From contig CP068257.2 of assembly GCA_009914755.4 (NCBI GenBank), positions 13,888,001 to 13,952,000 of the forward strand: a DNA stretch of 64,000 nucleotides. Reading direction: 5' to 3'. The translations under genes were made by a program, and so were the position numbers. A model generated the notes under the pieces. That model saw only the letters and a list, made by a program, of their open reading frames with translations, searched no databases and was not told the DNA's origin. Positions 28,440 to 40,599 of this stretch are shown one piece after another (positions within the stretch are counted from its first letter, which is position 1; every line of letters begins with the position of its first letter). The stretch comes from the human T2T-CHM13v2.0 reference genome, Homo sapiens.

Positions 28440-28495
28440 TGTGTGATCCCACAGGTTAAGAGTCAGATCCCACAGGTTAAGAGCTCAATCCCACA
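28440..28495. repeat. Short tandem duplication of a 17-20-bp unit (two copies plus a partial third)
   Basis: Direct read: 'gatcccacaggttaagagtca gatcccacaggttaagagctca atcccacaaaactg'. Confidence 0.8.
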
Positions 28496-29254
28496 AAACT
28501 GCCGCCCTACCTTAAGATGCCAATTGCAAGGCCCAGGTTGTGACCTGTAATCCTGATCAATGGCTATAGCAACTGGGATTCCCACAGTCTGCCTCCTTGT
28601 GTTCCATAATTTGCTAAGACAGCTCACAGAACTGAGTGAAAGACTTTACTTACATTTACTGGTTTGTTTTAAAGGATATACAGGATATGGATGAACAGCT
28701 AGATTTAAGAGATGGCTACAAGTCTGGGGTAGGGGATGTCACAGTTTTCATCTTTCTCTCGGTTTGCCACCCTCTCAGCACCTCCACATGTTCAATAACC
28801 AGGAAGCTCATTAAATCTCGTCGTTCAAGAGTTTTTATAGGCTATAATCTCCAGCACCTTCCATCAGGTCAATGGGTGGGGTTGAAAGTTCCAACCCTTT
28901 AATTCTTTAATCCCTTGGTCTTTCTGATAACTGGCAGCATCTTGAGGCTATCCAGGGGCTCTATCCTAAATTGAGATATTAGGATAAATACAGGTGTGAT
29001 CAAAGGGGGTCCATGAATAACAAAAGACACTCTAATTACCCAGGAAATTCCAATGGTTTTAGGAACTAGGTGACAGTAACTGGGTACACAGATCAAATGT
29101 ATTTCATTCTTAAGGGCTCTGTTTTGTCATACTGAACCTTGACTCATACAATGCCCACCATGTACCTAGCACTGATCGTATGGATATAAAATAAAAATTA
29201 ATTTTATATTCTGATCATACAGATATAAAAATTAAGCCAATCTAGTGAAGAAGT

Positions 29255-30016
29255 CTGTGTTAGTTTGTTAGGGCTGCCATAATAAAATATCACAAACTGG
29301 GTGGCTTAAACAACAGAAATTTATTTTCTCACTGCTCTGGAGGCTGGAAGTCCAAGCTCGCGGTATCAACATGTTTAGCTTCTCCTGAGGCCTCTTTCCT
29401 TGGCTTGCAGATGCTTGTATTCTTTCCGCGCCCTCACACAGCCTTTTCTCTGTGTGCGTTCCTGGTGTCTTTTCCTCTTTTTATAAGGACACTAGTCCTA
29501 TTGCATTAGGGACTCACGTTTTCTACAGCAGATACACGTGTCGGCAATAACTTAAGCATATGCTGAGAATGACCCTGTAGTCTAAGAAGAATGTGTGTTC
29601 AGAGTTCTGAAACCCTGGCCTTTCCCTTAGAACACAGGCTGTCCAGCGGATTGAGGCCCTTTGTTTTGGGTTAAATAGTGATTGCTAGATGGATGGTACT
29701 GTGTGAAAATACTGTATGAACTGCATGCTTTTTACAAATGGTAGCACTTCTCCTGTTCAGCTCGCTGCCACTGGACTGTCCCTGAAAGCAAGTTCCCCCA
29801 AAGAACCCTGTGTCTTATTCCTTGTCTCCAGGTCTCTTCTTCAGCCTCTCAGACACAGTGCCATCCCTATTGGAGTAAATAGGGGTTCAGGATGACACCT
29901 TTATGACCTCGTTTAATCTTTATTACCTCTTTAAGGAACCTATTTCCAATATAGTCACATCTGAGGGTTAGGGCTTCAACATATGAGTTTGAGCCGGACA
30001 CAATTCTTTCCATGAC
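29255..30016 (+). mobile_element. MaLR-type LTR (MLT1-like) with an internal insertion and retained CpGs
   Basis: 'tgtgttagtttgttagggctgccataataaaatatcacaaactgggtggcttaaacaacagaaatttattttctcactgctctggaggctggaagtccaagctc...ctttttataaggacactagtcctattgcattaggg...ttattacctctttaaggaacctatttccaatatagtcacatctgagggttagggcttcaacatatgagttt...gacacaattctttccatgaca' follows the MLT1 LTR consensus from end to end. Confidence 0.65.
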
Positions 30017-33000
30017 AAAGGCAAGTAAATAGGAAAGTATAATTGCACCTGAAATATGCTAGATGCAATTATAAAATGTCATGGAAATCCATACAAAAGA
30101 AATATAACACAGTTCTGGAAATGTAAATTCAGAGATAGAGTGATTATATAATGTATTATTCAAATAGGGACACTTGTAAGAGTGAAAAGGTGTATTAAAA
30201 AGAATTTAAAGGCACTAATTATTTTTAAGCAGGCATAATCTAGAACTTTCCCAGGAAAAGTAGGAGACATATGCACCCTATTCAAAGAAGACCTAATGGA
30301 AGAAATACCATCTAAACTGAGACCTAAAGGAGGAAGGGAAGTTGAGACAAAGGTGAGAAAGAAGGGAGTGTACTCCAGGTGAGCAGGCAGAAAGAACATA
30401 GTCAGCAGAAAACAATAAGCTGGAGAAACAGTGTGCCATGTTTGGAAAACTGCAAGAGATTTCACATGGCTGAAATTATGGGGGCAGAAGGTGTCAGGCA
30501 AGAAGCAAGGCTAAGCAAGATTTAGAGGATAACAGAATTCCTTAAAGAGTTTGGACTTGGTCTGTAGCAGGTGTGGGCCATTAGAGTTTCAGTCATGGAA
30601 GCAGCATTGTTTAATTCACATTTTTTAAAGATCTCTCAGATTCGATCAAGACAGCAGACTCCGTCAATTCCTGACTCTTACCAAATACCTCTTTTCCCCC
30701 AGGGACAAAGAGCATCATCCAAAAGGCCAAATAAATAACAGCCATGGGAAACAATAAGGAATTCAGAAATGGAAGATTTGCATAAAAACAGAAATTAAAC
30801 AGTATCAGATAGACAAAGAAGCCACAGGCCAGTGTATGAACAAGAGAGAAAAAGAGGTAAGAGAGAACCTTTTACCTCTTTTCATAAGGGTGTCCCAACC
30901 TTATGTGGAAGAGATACAGGACAAACATCAGTGCAGAACACTGAGGAACTCTATTTAGAGCAGCTGAGCAGGTCGGCCTCTACTCCTAATCTCCTCACTC
31001 CCAGATCTGAGGGGACTAAAGAGTCAGCTTCCAAGGGCTCTCGTTAAAGATGGGCAATTTGAGTGTCAATAATGATAACTACAATAGATTGAAGTGCATC
31101 ACATAAGCTTCCGTCTATAATGATACTTTGATAACACAAATTAGCTGCCACCAAAGGATACCAATAAATTGTTTTAAAACTGTTAAATAAAGGGAAAGAT
31201 TCAAGCATTTATCTTGCTTTTTCTATATGAACTGTACCAAAGGGTAAACAATACTAGATGGGATGTTTCTCTTTATAGAAATACTTCAGCTAATAAATGA
31301 GGAAGGAATAATTTAATTAGTACATAACCATTTTACAACTATAAATGAGGTAACGGAGTAGGTATTGATAAGCAATAGCTGCTAAAACCATGAAAGTAAA
31401 CCCAATGGACATTATGTGCCTCTGAATAGGAGAACATAATATTACCTACGAATTAATTTTGCTAAAAGAAAAAGTTAAACCTGAATCTAATTAAACATCT
31501 AATCAAACCTTCAGACCAATTACTAATGTGCAGGAAATTTAGAATGATAGAGGTTACAGTCAGAAAATCAACAAGACAAATGACCTATTTTTCTTAACAA
31601 ACAAATTACAAAAATAAAAAAGAAATGGAGAAAGACTACAGATTAGAAGAGTAATCAGAGACATGCCTATCAATCACAATGTGTGGACCTTATTTATACC
31701 TTGATTTAAAAAAATCAACTGTACACCAAAATTGCGATATTTATGTCACAGTTGCACACCTAGATACTGACTCAATATATGATGACTGAATAGTTTGAGT
31801 TTGGAATAAATGAGGAGACGAGGCAGTTGCATACATAAATCCAAAGCTCTTGACAGACATCTGAACTGGGGAAACATATGTAGAAGTCGGAATCAACTAT
31901 GAATTCTTGCTGAACACACATGAGCTGATGAGCTACAAAGCTGTGTTTGAAGCTGGGGTTATCAACTTCTGCACTACTGAGGTTTGGGGCCAGCCAATTC
32001 TGCGTTGTGTATTATAAAATGTTTAGGTATATCCATAGCCTCCACCCAACTAGATGCCAGTAGCATTCCCACACGCAGTAGTCACAACCAAAAATGTCTA
32101 CAGATATTACCCAATGTCCCCTGGGGGATAGTGGGGGCAAAAGTGACCCCAGTTAAGAACCAGTGGTATGGAGTAAAAAGAGAAGAGGGCAGAGAATGAA
32201 GCCTCAAGGAGTCATACAACTCCATCATTCACTTACAATTCCATGACTAACTGTGACCATCTTTCCAGACCCCAGTATTCTTATCTACAAAATGGACATG
32301 ATATAATCTAATTCACGAAATAGGTGTGGCAATTATTTAATATTGAAAACACTTCTTAAAGTGAGAGCATATTCAAAGTGCCTGCCTTTGTAAGTGTCCA
32401 TTACTGTGGGCCTCTTATCTCTTCCCTTCTCCCTTAAAGCTGTTAGTCCAGTTTAGCTCCACGAAACTCCAGAACAACATTTATCCTCTTATCAGTCTCT
32501 TAGGAAACCTGGATCTTTGACTTTGTAGCTACAATGCGGAAGCAATCCTGATTCTGTGAAGCTGCTTAAGGATTGCCAAGTTTCACCCACTTCCTAACCC
32601 TCCACAGGAAGGTACTTTGCATAAGTAAACTAGCAAGCAATCTCAAAAGTAAAGACAAGATGTTGTTCTTCCTGGAATTCAGTATCAGAGCCCACTCTTA
32701 CACCTTCCCGAGAGCTTTCTCAATATGATTAAGAAACACGTCCTCACTGGAACTCCTTGGATGAAAAAGTAGACAAAAATGTATATTCTCAGTGAATTGA
32801 AAAGATTTTGCCAGGAGAAAGTTACCCTGCTGTAAAAGAGGTTCCCTTTCTTACTTAGGTTTTGAGAAAGGGGCCTGAAGTTTGTGCTTTACCTCTGTTT
32901 ACCCAACATGATTTCCTTTCAGCAGTTATAACTCCCTTATTAAGAGCTTTACTGAGATATAATTCTTACACAATACAATTCAATCATTTAAAGTGTGCAA

Positions 33001-33642
33001 TGCAAGGATTCATGGTATATTCACAATTGTGTACACCGTTACTGTAGCTAATTTTAGAATATTTTCATCACCGTAAAAGAAAACCTGTTTAGCCATCATT
33101 TTCCTACCTCTTTATCCCCCAATCCAAAGTAACCACAGATCCACTTTCTGTGCCTATAGATTTGCCTATTCTGGATATTTCTTATAAATGGAATCATAAT
33201 ATGTGGTCTTTTGTGTCTGACTTCTTTCACTTATGAAAATATGAAAAGCATAAAGTCTTCAAGGCTCTTCTTTGTTGTAGTATGTAACCGAATTTCATTC
33301 CCTTCTATGGTCAAATAATATTCCATTATATGGATATATCACATTTTGTTTATCTTCAGCCAACAACTAGTAAGAAAATGAGGATCTCAGTCATACAAGT
33401 TCAAGAAAATGAATTCTGCCAATAACCTAAGAGAGCCGGGAAACAGATTTCCCTAGCTGAGCCTCCAGATGAAAATGCAGCCAGCGGACACCTTGATTGC
33501 ATCCATGAGACACTGAGCAGAGAACCCAACTAAAGCATGCCAGATTTCTGATAATAAATTAATATTATTGCAAGCCACTATATTAGTGGTTATTTTCTAT
33601 CCAGCAAAGAAAACTAATACAACTAATACAGTGGCAAATGTC

Positions 33643-33645
<3 letters not shown>

Positions 33646-33688
<43 letters not shown>
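33646..33688. repeat. (GT)n microsatellite, about 21 perfect units, then an imperfect GT/GC-A tail to about 33720
   Basis: Direct read. Confidence 0.95.
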
Positions 33689-33689
<1 letters not shown>

Positions 33690-35285
33690 ATGTGTGCATG
33701 CGTAGCTTTGTGTGCATGCATAATTTGTGCACTAAGAGAATTTAGTGGCTTTGAAGCACGGGCAGGACCTAACACATATTCTTGCTGTTGTTCTATATGC
33801 CTTTTGTATACCTATCATTGACTTATGTTTTATATCTAAATAGCTCTTTTACTACACATCTTTCATACACATCTTCTATAATTAAATAAATTGTTAAGAT
33901 TCTCATCTTGATGATAATGCAGTAACCTGCACAAGAGATTTGCTTGTTGATTTGTTTTGTCCTGAGAGGTAGAGTTCTAAACCCTTAAACCTTGCAAATG
34001 CTTTTCTGTTTTGAGTCCCAAATTGCACTTTTAAACAGAATGAGAGGTAGAAGAAATCAGAGATTAGATACAAAGAGACTTAAAGTTCCTAGGGGAGTGG
34101 TAAACCTAAAAGAAAACCTGCAGTTTGTCTGTGTAACCCACAGACTATTTAAATGTGGGTGTTATTGTTTAGTTAGCACAGTATTATGTAAGGGCCTAAA
34201 ACAATTTTATTCTGGTGATTTCAGAGTACAGTGTGGTATATATCTGTGTCATCAGATTGCAGTCAGAATAAAATACAATGCAAGATAAACTCCAATCATT
34301 TTTTTCATTGTGGTGTTAGCCCCAAAGCTCCCCCATTTTACCCAAAGACAAATGGACAACAAATGGTGTTCTGTTATTGGTACAGAACTCAAACTGAATG
34401 GGATTTATCAGGATTTTGTGTCTAATCTCTCTTCTTAAGGGCTCTGGCTGTTAGCTTTGACGAAGAGAATGGAAACCAGATGTTTAGATACCAGAGGCAG
34501 AGTTCCTAGGTTAAAAACAAAGTTTAAAAATGCCTTTTATTTTTATGTATTTTCATATGTCATTCTAAGTATGAACATTTCTCACTGATATTAGTGGATT
34601 TGAATTATGGATTAAATAGCCAACCACTCCCCAAATAAAACCAAACTGTGTTAACTACATCTTTAGCAATAAGTATATCTGTCCTTGTTATTACAGAAAA
34701 TAAAGCCAGTACTGAAATTTCTAAATAATACTAATAAAAAACATATTCAAGAAGTAGAACACTTTTATTTAAAAATTCCAGTAAAATGCATTCCCTCCTT
34801 GCATGGAATTTTTCTGCTCATGAAAACACTTTCAAAGCCTCCAGCTGTTCCTGATTATTTTCCCCCATCAGCTCCACACTATCATCTTAAAAAGGCACAA
34901 TAGGACTTTCCCAAATAATCACAATGCATGATGAAACTACTTCTACAGATCTAAGAACTCCAGCAAAGAATTTGTAGGGGATTACTATCTCATTTTCCAA
35001 AAGTGTCTTATTCAGATGTAGCTACAACCACCCTACAGTTAGAGCAATAATTTTTTTCTTGTCACACTTCAGGGGGTCTCCAGTTATGTTAACAACTGTC
35101 ATGAAACTCTAAAAGAAAAAAAAAATTAATGTATACTTGCTCTCATAAACAAAAGACTAAAATGTATTCTATTATCCTTAGGAGTAGAAAGGAGAAAGAG
35201 TTCCTGAAATCAAAAATTGAATAATAAGATCATAATTGCAAAGAGTTGGCCAGTCTAGATTAGGGAAGTGACTCAATGTTCTACT

Positions 35286-35645
35286 TCATTTTCTGCTGCT
35301 ATAACAGAATACCACAGATTGGGTAATTTACAAAGAACTAAAGTTTATTTGGCTTATGGTTCTGGAGGCTAGGAAGTCCAAGAGCATGGCACTAGAATCT
35401 GGTGAGGGACATCCCATGGCAGAAGGCATCACATAGAGTGTGAATCTGCAAGACAGAGACAAACAGAGCAAAATGGATTCTATTATCAGGAGCTCACTCC
35501 CGAGGCAACAACATTAATCTATTCATGACGGCAGAGTACTCACTGACCTAATCACCTCTTAAAGACCCCACCTCTTAATACTGTTACGATGACAGTTAAC
35601 TTTTTTACACATGAACTTCTTGGGGACACATTTACATCATAGCAC
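35286..35645 (+). mobile_element. MaLR-type LTR fragment (related to MLT1)
   Basis: 'ttttctgctgctataacagaataccacagattgggtaatttacaaagaactaaagtttatttggcttatggttctggaggctaggaagtccaagagcatggcactagaatctggtgagggacatccc...cctaatcacctcttaaagaccccacctcttaatactgttac...ttcttggggacacatttacatcatagcac' matches the family consensus ('gctgctataacaaaataccacagactgggtggcttaaacaacagaaatttatt..gttctggaggctgggaagtccaagatcaaggtgccagcag...'). Confidence 0.6.
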
Positions 35646-36474
35646 TCTCAAACCTAGCTGATCATAAAAATTGCTTGGAAACAGGTTTAAAACTCATATT
35701 TTAAGGACCCTTAACATGCCTTCTAAATTGGAACTCTTGAGAGTCACCATTCATAAAGCAGTTTCCACGTATTTCAGATGCAGCTCATCTGTCACCAGAG
35801 TTTGGAAACCACAAAATTGAGGGGTGTTTAAATATTCCCAATGGTTTGTTAAAGTGTTAATTATCATGTAATACCTGATAATAATCTACTCAAACATTTA
35901 AAACACAGACTTTGGTCTGAATACTTGCATATAACTTCTGACTCCCCAAAATCCCCAATGGAATGACCAAAGGAATTCAAAAATTGTGGGAAAATTGTAT
36001 CAGCTCTGAAAATCATAGAAGGAGACCAAACTATTATGAAAAAGTAAAGCAATTCCTGCAGAATATATTGTAAGCAAGAAAATTGAGAGAACTGCTGACC
36101 AAGTCACAATTCCCACACTGACTCCAAGTTGATAGCAGCAGGGCATTAGGACAAAGTAGGAGGTACTGGAGGGAAGTTACAAATCTGGAGCTGACAAGGA
36201 TGGGATTACTCTGCATAATTTTTCCCCAGTTTACTATTGAATCATACAGCAAGCCAAGTAGAATAGGGGCAATGCTACAACTAGTCTCAAAAGAGAAAGG
36301 CTGTGACAGTCAGAGAACAGGCACATTATTCCAGCAATAAAAGTGAATTTAATCTCTTTGGCTTAAGAATAAGACTTCTTGATGTTGCTGTCCACACCCC
36401 CACCCAGCCTTAATTTATATCCTATTCTTCAGAGGTCATCACCTTATAATTTTTCAATGTAAAACTACAATAGC

Positions 36475-36610
36475 GTTAACTCTTCCTTCCTTTTCCTTTT
36501 TAATTTCCTTCATTTTTTTTCTTCCTTCCTTCCTTTTTTACTTTCTTTCTTCCCCTGTTTTTTTATTCCTTCTCTTCCCTCCTCTTTATTCCTGCTTTAT
36601 TTTTTATTTT
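36475..36610. repeat. Polypyrimidine (TTCC/TTTC-rich) low-complexity tract
   Basis: Direct read: ttccttccttttcctttttaatttccttcatttttttcttccttccttcc... Confidence 0.85.
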
Positions 36611-37184
36611 GTCCCAAACTGTATCTGTTTAAAAGAAGTCACATAAATCTCCAAATATGGACAAACCTAGAATGTCCTCCAACATTCTATTTACCTAGTC
36701 ACTCCTTCATTCCCTATCCCATCCATGTGTTATTTGCAAGAAGCAAAGAGAAAATTCTAAAGAGAGTCAATAGTTAGAAGGCAGTCAATCTGAGAAGGCA
36801 GACAAAATATTTCCTAAGAATGGTTTTATTAATAAAAGCTAGGAAAAACTATAGAAAATATCCAATGTGTACTTTCAAGAAGATTCAAGAGAACATTTTG
36901 TGTATGAAGTAAAAGCAAGAAGTCATTAAAAAGGTAGGACCTGAGAGCAGAAAAAGTTGCTTTGAGATGAAAAATATGACCATGAAATTTCTAATGTAAT
37001 GGAATTTGTGAATACAAGAGGAGATTCTGTAGAATTGGAATCAATGGATTAGAAAAATAAGCTAAATAACTTCTTCCAGAACTTCTAAAAATGTAAAAAC
37101 AATGCTGCCAAAGAAGTAAAAATTTAGAGGAAATATCCAGGAGATCTAAAATAAGTTTTATAAGAAGTCTAGAAGGACACAGGA

Positions 37185-37455
37185 ACAGAAAACCGAATAC
37201 CACATGCTTTCATGTGTAAGTGGAAGCTGACTGAGGGGAACACATGGGCACATGAGAGGGAACAACACACACTGGGTACCTATTGGGGGTGTGGGGCAGA
37301 GAGCATCAGGAAGAATAGCTAATGGATGCTGGGCTTAATTTCTAGGTGATGGGATGATCTGTGCAGTAAACCACCATGGCACACATTTACCTATGTAACA
37401 AACCTGCACATCCTGCACATGTACCCCTGGACTTAAAATAAAAGTTGAAAAAGAT
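37185..37455 (+). mobile_element. Short L1 3'-UTR fragment
   Basis: '...aaaccgaataccacatgctttcatgtgtaagtggaagctgactgagg...gaagaatagctaatggatgctgggcttaatttctaggtgatgggatgatctgtgcagtaaaccaccatggcacacatttacctatgtaacaaacctgcacatcctgcacatgtacccctggacttaaaataaaag' is the L1P 3' terminus. Confidence 0.8.
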
Positions 37456-37781
37456 AGATGTCTAGAAAGAAAGAACTTGGCAGATAGAGCAGCAAAAATT
37501 AAAAAAAAAAAAAAAAAGGAAGAAGCAATAGAAAACTTAGCAGAGCTGAAGAAAGTCATTTGACTAGAAGTGTAGAGGACATGTTTAATGTCAGGTAAAA
37601 TTAATTAAAGCAGAGTTAAGCCTGATATATTTTGATGAAATATTTCATTTCAGCACTAAAAACAGAACCCTACAAGCATCAACACAGGGGTGCCAGCAGG
37701 GAAGGGCGAGGACAAGTGACTTACAAAAGAAATCCTCAAATTGGCACCAAGTTTTTCACAATACTAAATGCCAAAGGATCA

Positions 37782-38215
<434 letters not shown>

Positions 38216-38299
38216 TTACAAAAAGAAGGGAACAGCTGAAAGAGACAAAGGCAGTAACGAAAATCTAAGAAGGGGGAAGACAGTAGTATAATAACACGT

Positions 38300-38530
38300 A
38301 GTGTTTACCCAGTGGTTACTATGGGCAAAGCACTGTTCCAAATACTTCAGTAACCCACTCAAACCTCACAATAACCCTATGAAATAGACTCTGTTGCTAT
38401 ACCCAGTGCAGAGGACAATACAGTTTTAGAGAAATCAAGGAACTTGTTCACAGTTATAGGGCTAGCAAAATGGTGCAGCCAGGAGTTAAGTCCAGAGAGT
38501 CTGAGCACCACATCTGAGTGCTTAACCACT
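38300..38530 (+). mobile_element. MIR SINE
   Basis: 'ggcaaagcactgttccaaatacttcagtaacccactcaaacctcacaataaccctatgaaatagactctgttgctatacccagtgcagaggacaatacagttttagagaaatcaaggaacttgttcacagttatagggctagcaaaatggtgcagccaggagttaagtccagagagtctgagcaccacatctgagtgcttaaccactaggctac' tracks the MIR consensus over about 220 bp. Confidence 0.7.
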
Positions 38531-38687
38531 AGGCTACGCAGCTCCTCGAAAGGAAAATGAAAGGAGAGCAAAAATAGAAAACGTAAAGGAGGAAGCTCCA
38601 AAATAATTATTAAAAATGAATCAATAACAAAAGTATTGAAATACATACCTCTTATGAAAACAAATGACTCTCCAAGCCTTAAAAAAG

Positions 38688-39182
38688 AAGAAAATCCTGC
38701 CTTTTGCAACAACCTGGATGAGCCTGGAGGACATTACGCTAAGTGAAATAAGCCAGGCACAGAAAGACAAATATTGCATGATCTCACACATGTGGAGTCC
38801 AAAAAAGTCAAACCTAGAGAAACAGAGAGTGGAAGGGTAGTTACCAGGACCTGGGAGATGGGGAGAAAGGAAAGATGTTTGTTAAAGGGTATAATTTTTC
38901 AATTATAACATTAATAACTTTTGAAAATCTAATGTAGATTATGGTGACTATGGTTCATAATAATGTATTATTAGCTTGAAATTTGCCAAGAGAGTAGATT
39001 TTAAGTGTTCCCACCCCCAAGAAAGGTAACTATGTGAGCTGATATGTTAATTAACTTAATTTTGAGAATCATTTCACAATGTATATGTATATCAAATCAT
39101 CACATTATACACTTTAAGTATATGCAATTTTTATTTGTAAATCGTACCTCAATAAAGCTGGAAAAAATTCTTAAAAAAAAAG
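38688..39182 (+). mobile_element. Old L1 (L1M-type) extreme 3' end with poly-A
   Basis: '...ILPFATTWMSLEDITLSEISQAQKDKYCMISHMWS..' (aaaatcctgccttttgcaacaacctggatgagcctggaggacattacgctaagtgaaataagccaggcacagaaagacaaatattgcatgatctcacacatgtggagtcc) is followed by the typical L1M 3' UTR ('...ggtagttaccaggacctgggagatgggg...', '...tacctcaataaagctggaaaaaa'). Confidence 0.85.
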
Positions 39183-39551
39183 AAATATATGACTCTTCGG
39201 AAGTGTAAAGAACTTAAATCACAGAAAGGTTAGAAATAAAGAGACGAGTAAATATACGCCAGGGAAATGCAAATTTAAAAATACATGTGTCAATCTCAGA
39301 AAAGGTAAAATTCAAATTAAACATAAACAGGACAGAGAGAACTATTTTCTGTTCATAAAAAGGAAAATCCAGAATGAATTTGTAAAAGATAAAAACTTTG
39401 TATGTGCTATGTACCATGGCACTTCAAAAAAACAGCAAAATCCAATGAAACAATAAAAATTACATTGTAGTCGTGGCAAAAAGCATTTAATGTTTTCTCA
39501 GTCTTTGGCTAATCAAGACAAAAGTTCAGTATATAAAATAATTGACTATTA

Positions 39552-39849
39552 CAAATCGTCCCTTGGTATCCAAATGGGATGAGTTTCAGGACCATCTGGG
39601 ATACTAAAATTCATGCATGCTCAAGTTCCTTATATAAAATGGTGCAGTATTTGTATGTAACCTACGCATATCCTCCCACATTCTTTAAATCATCTCTATA
39701 TTACTTACAATACCTAATACAATGTAAATGCTATGTAAATTGTTATTATGCTATATTTTCTTATGAATTATTTTTTATTTTTTTTTAATTTTCATCTGAA
39801 GTTGATTGACTCCAAGGCTGCAAAATCCATGAATACAGAGGTCTAATTG
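39552..39849 (+). mobile_element. Tigger-family (TcMar/pogo) MITE-like, internally deleted DNA transposon with TA TSD
   Basis: The 5' terminus 'caaatcgtcccttggtatccaaatgggatgagtttcaggaccatctgggatactaaaattcatgcatgctcaagttccttatataaaatggtgcagtatttgtatgtaacctacgcatatcctccc' matches the Tigger terminal consensus ('cagtcggccctccgtatccgtggg..ggatgctcaagtcccttatataaaatggcgtagtatttgcatataacctacgcacatcctccc') with CpG decay. The 3' terminus '...ttgattgactccaaggctgcaaaatccatgaatacagaggtctaattg' is its inverted counterpart. Both flanks are TA (39550-39551 and 39850-39851). Confidence 0.6.
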
Positions 39850-39964
39850 TATATTTAGTATGTTAATTTTATGGATATGAAAGTAATAATATAACAATAT
39901 AGAGATACATGTAAAAGAGGGTCGTGATTAAGGACATTGGCTGCAGAGCTGTATAACCTGAATT

Positions 39965-40115
39965 TCAAACTTATTTCCCCCACTTAACTAGCTCAGTCCT
40001 TAGACAATACACTTACCATCTTGCTACCTCAGTTTCCTTCTATCCTCCCTTATAAAATGGATGGTATCATTGTTATGATAATTAAAGTCTATACATATAG
40101 TACAAAAATTAGTGT
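39965..40115 (+). mobile_element. MIR fragment (core region)
   Basis: 'cacttaactagctcagtccttagacaatacacttaccatcttgctacctcagtttccttctatcctcccttataaaatggatggtatcattgttatgataattaaag' matches the MIR core ('..acttactagctgtgtgaccttgggcaagt.acttaacctctctgagcctcagtttcctcatctgtaaaatgggg.ataataata..'). Confidence 0.5.
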
Positions 40116-40158
40116 CCAGCCCATAATAAATAATTACTATGAGCTGCTATAATAACTA

Positions 40159-40162
<4 letters not shown>

Positions 40163-40196
<34 letters not shown>
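40163..40196. repeat. (TA)n microsatellite, about 16 units
   Basis: Direct read. Confidence 0.95.
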
Positions 40197-40197
<1 letters not shown>

Positions 40198-40599
40198 AAT
40201 TTTGAGTTTTACGAATAGAGAATATTCTTTCTTTCCAAATATTTTAGGGATATTTTACAAAAAACAGTAATATAATATGCCACAGGAAAGCACAATAAAT
40301 TATTTAATGTGGAAATTACATGGACCACATATCTAAGTATACTAAAACTCTAATAATAATAGTAAACAAAAAATCATCCTACAAAGAAATTTTAAAACAC
40401 CCTCCTAAGAAATTTTTGGGTAACAAAAGAAATCAAAACTGTACTTTAACTTATCCAGATAATTCTAGATTGTATTCTAGATTCTAGAATATAACCAATT
40501 AAGTGTCTATATATCAAACCTAGGTGATTATAGTAATACAATAAAAGTTTTACCATACAACAATGGAGATGTCATCTTTGTAACTTTAGAACAAGAATT

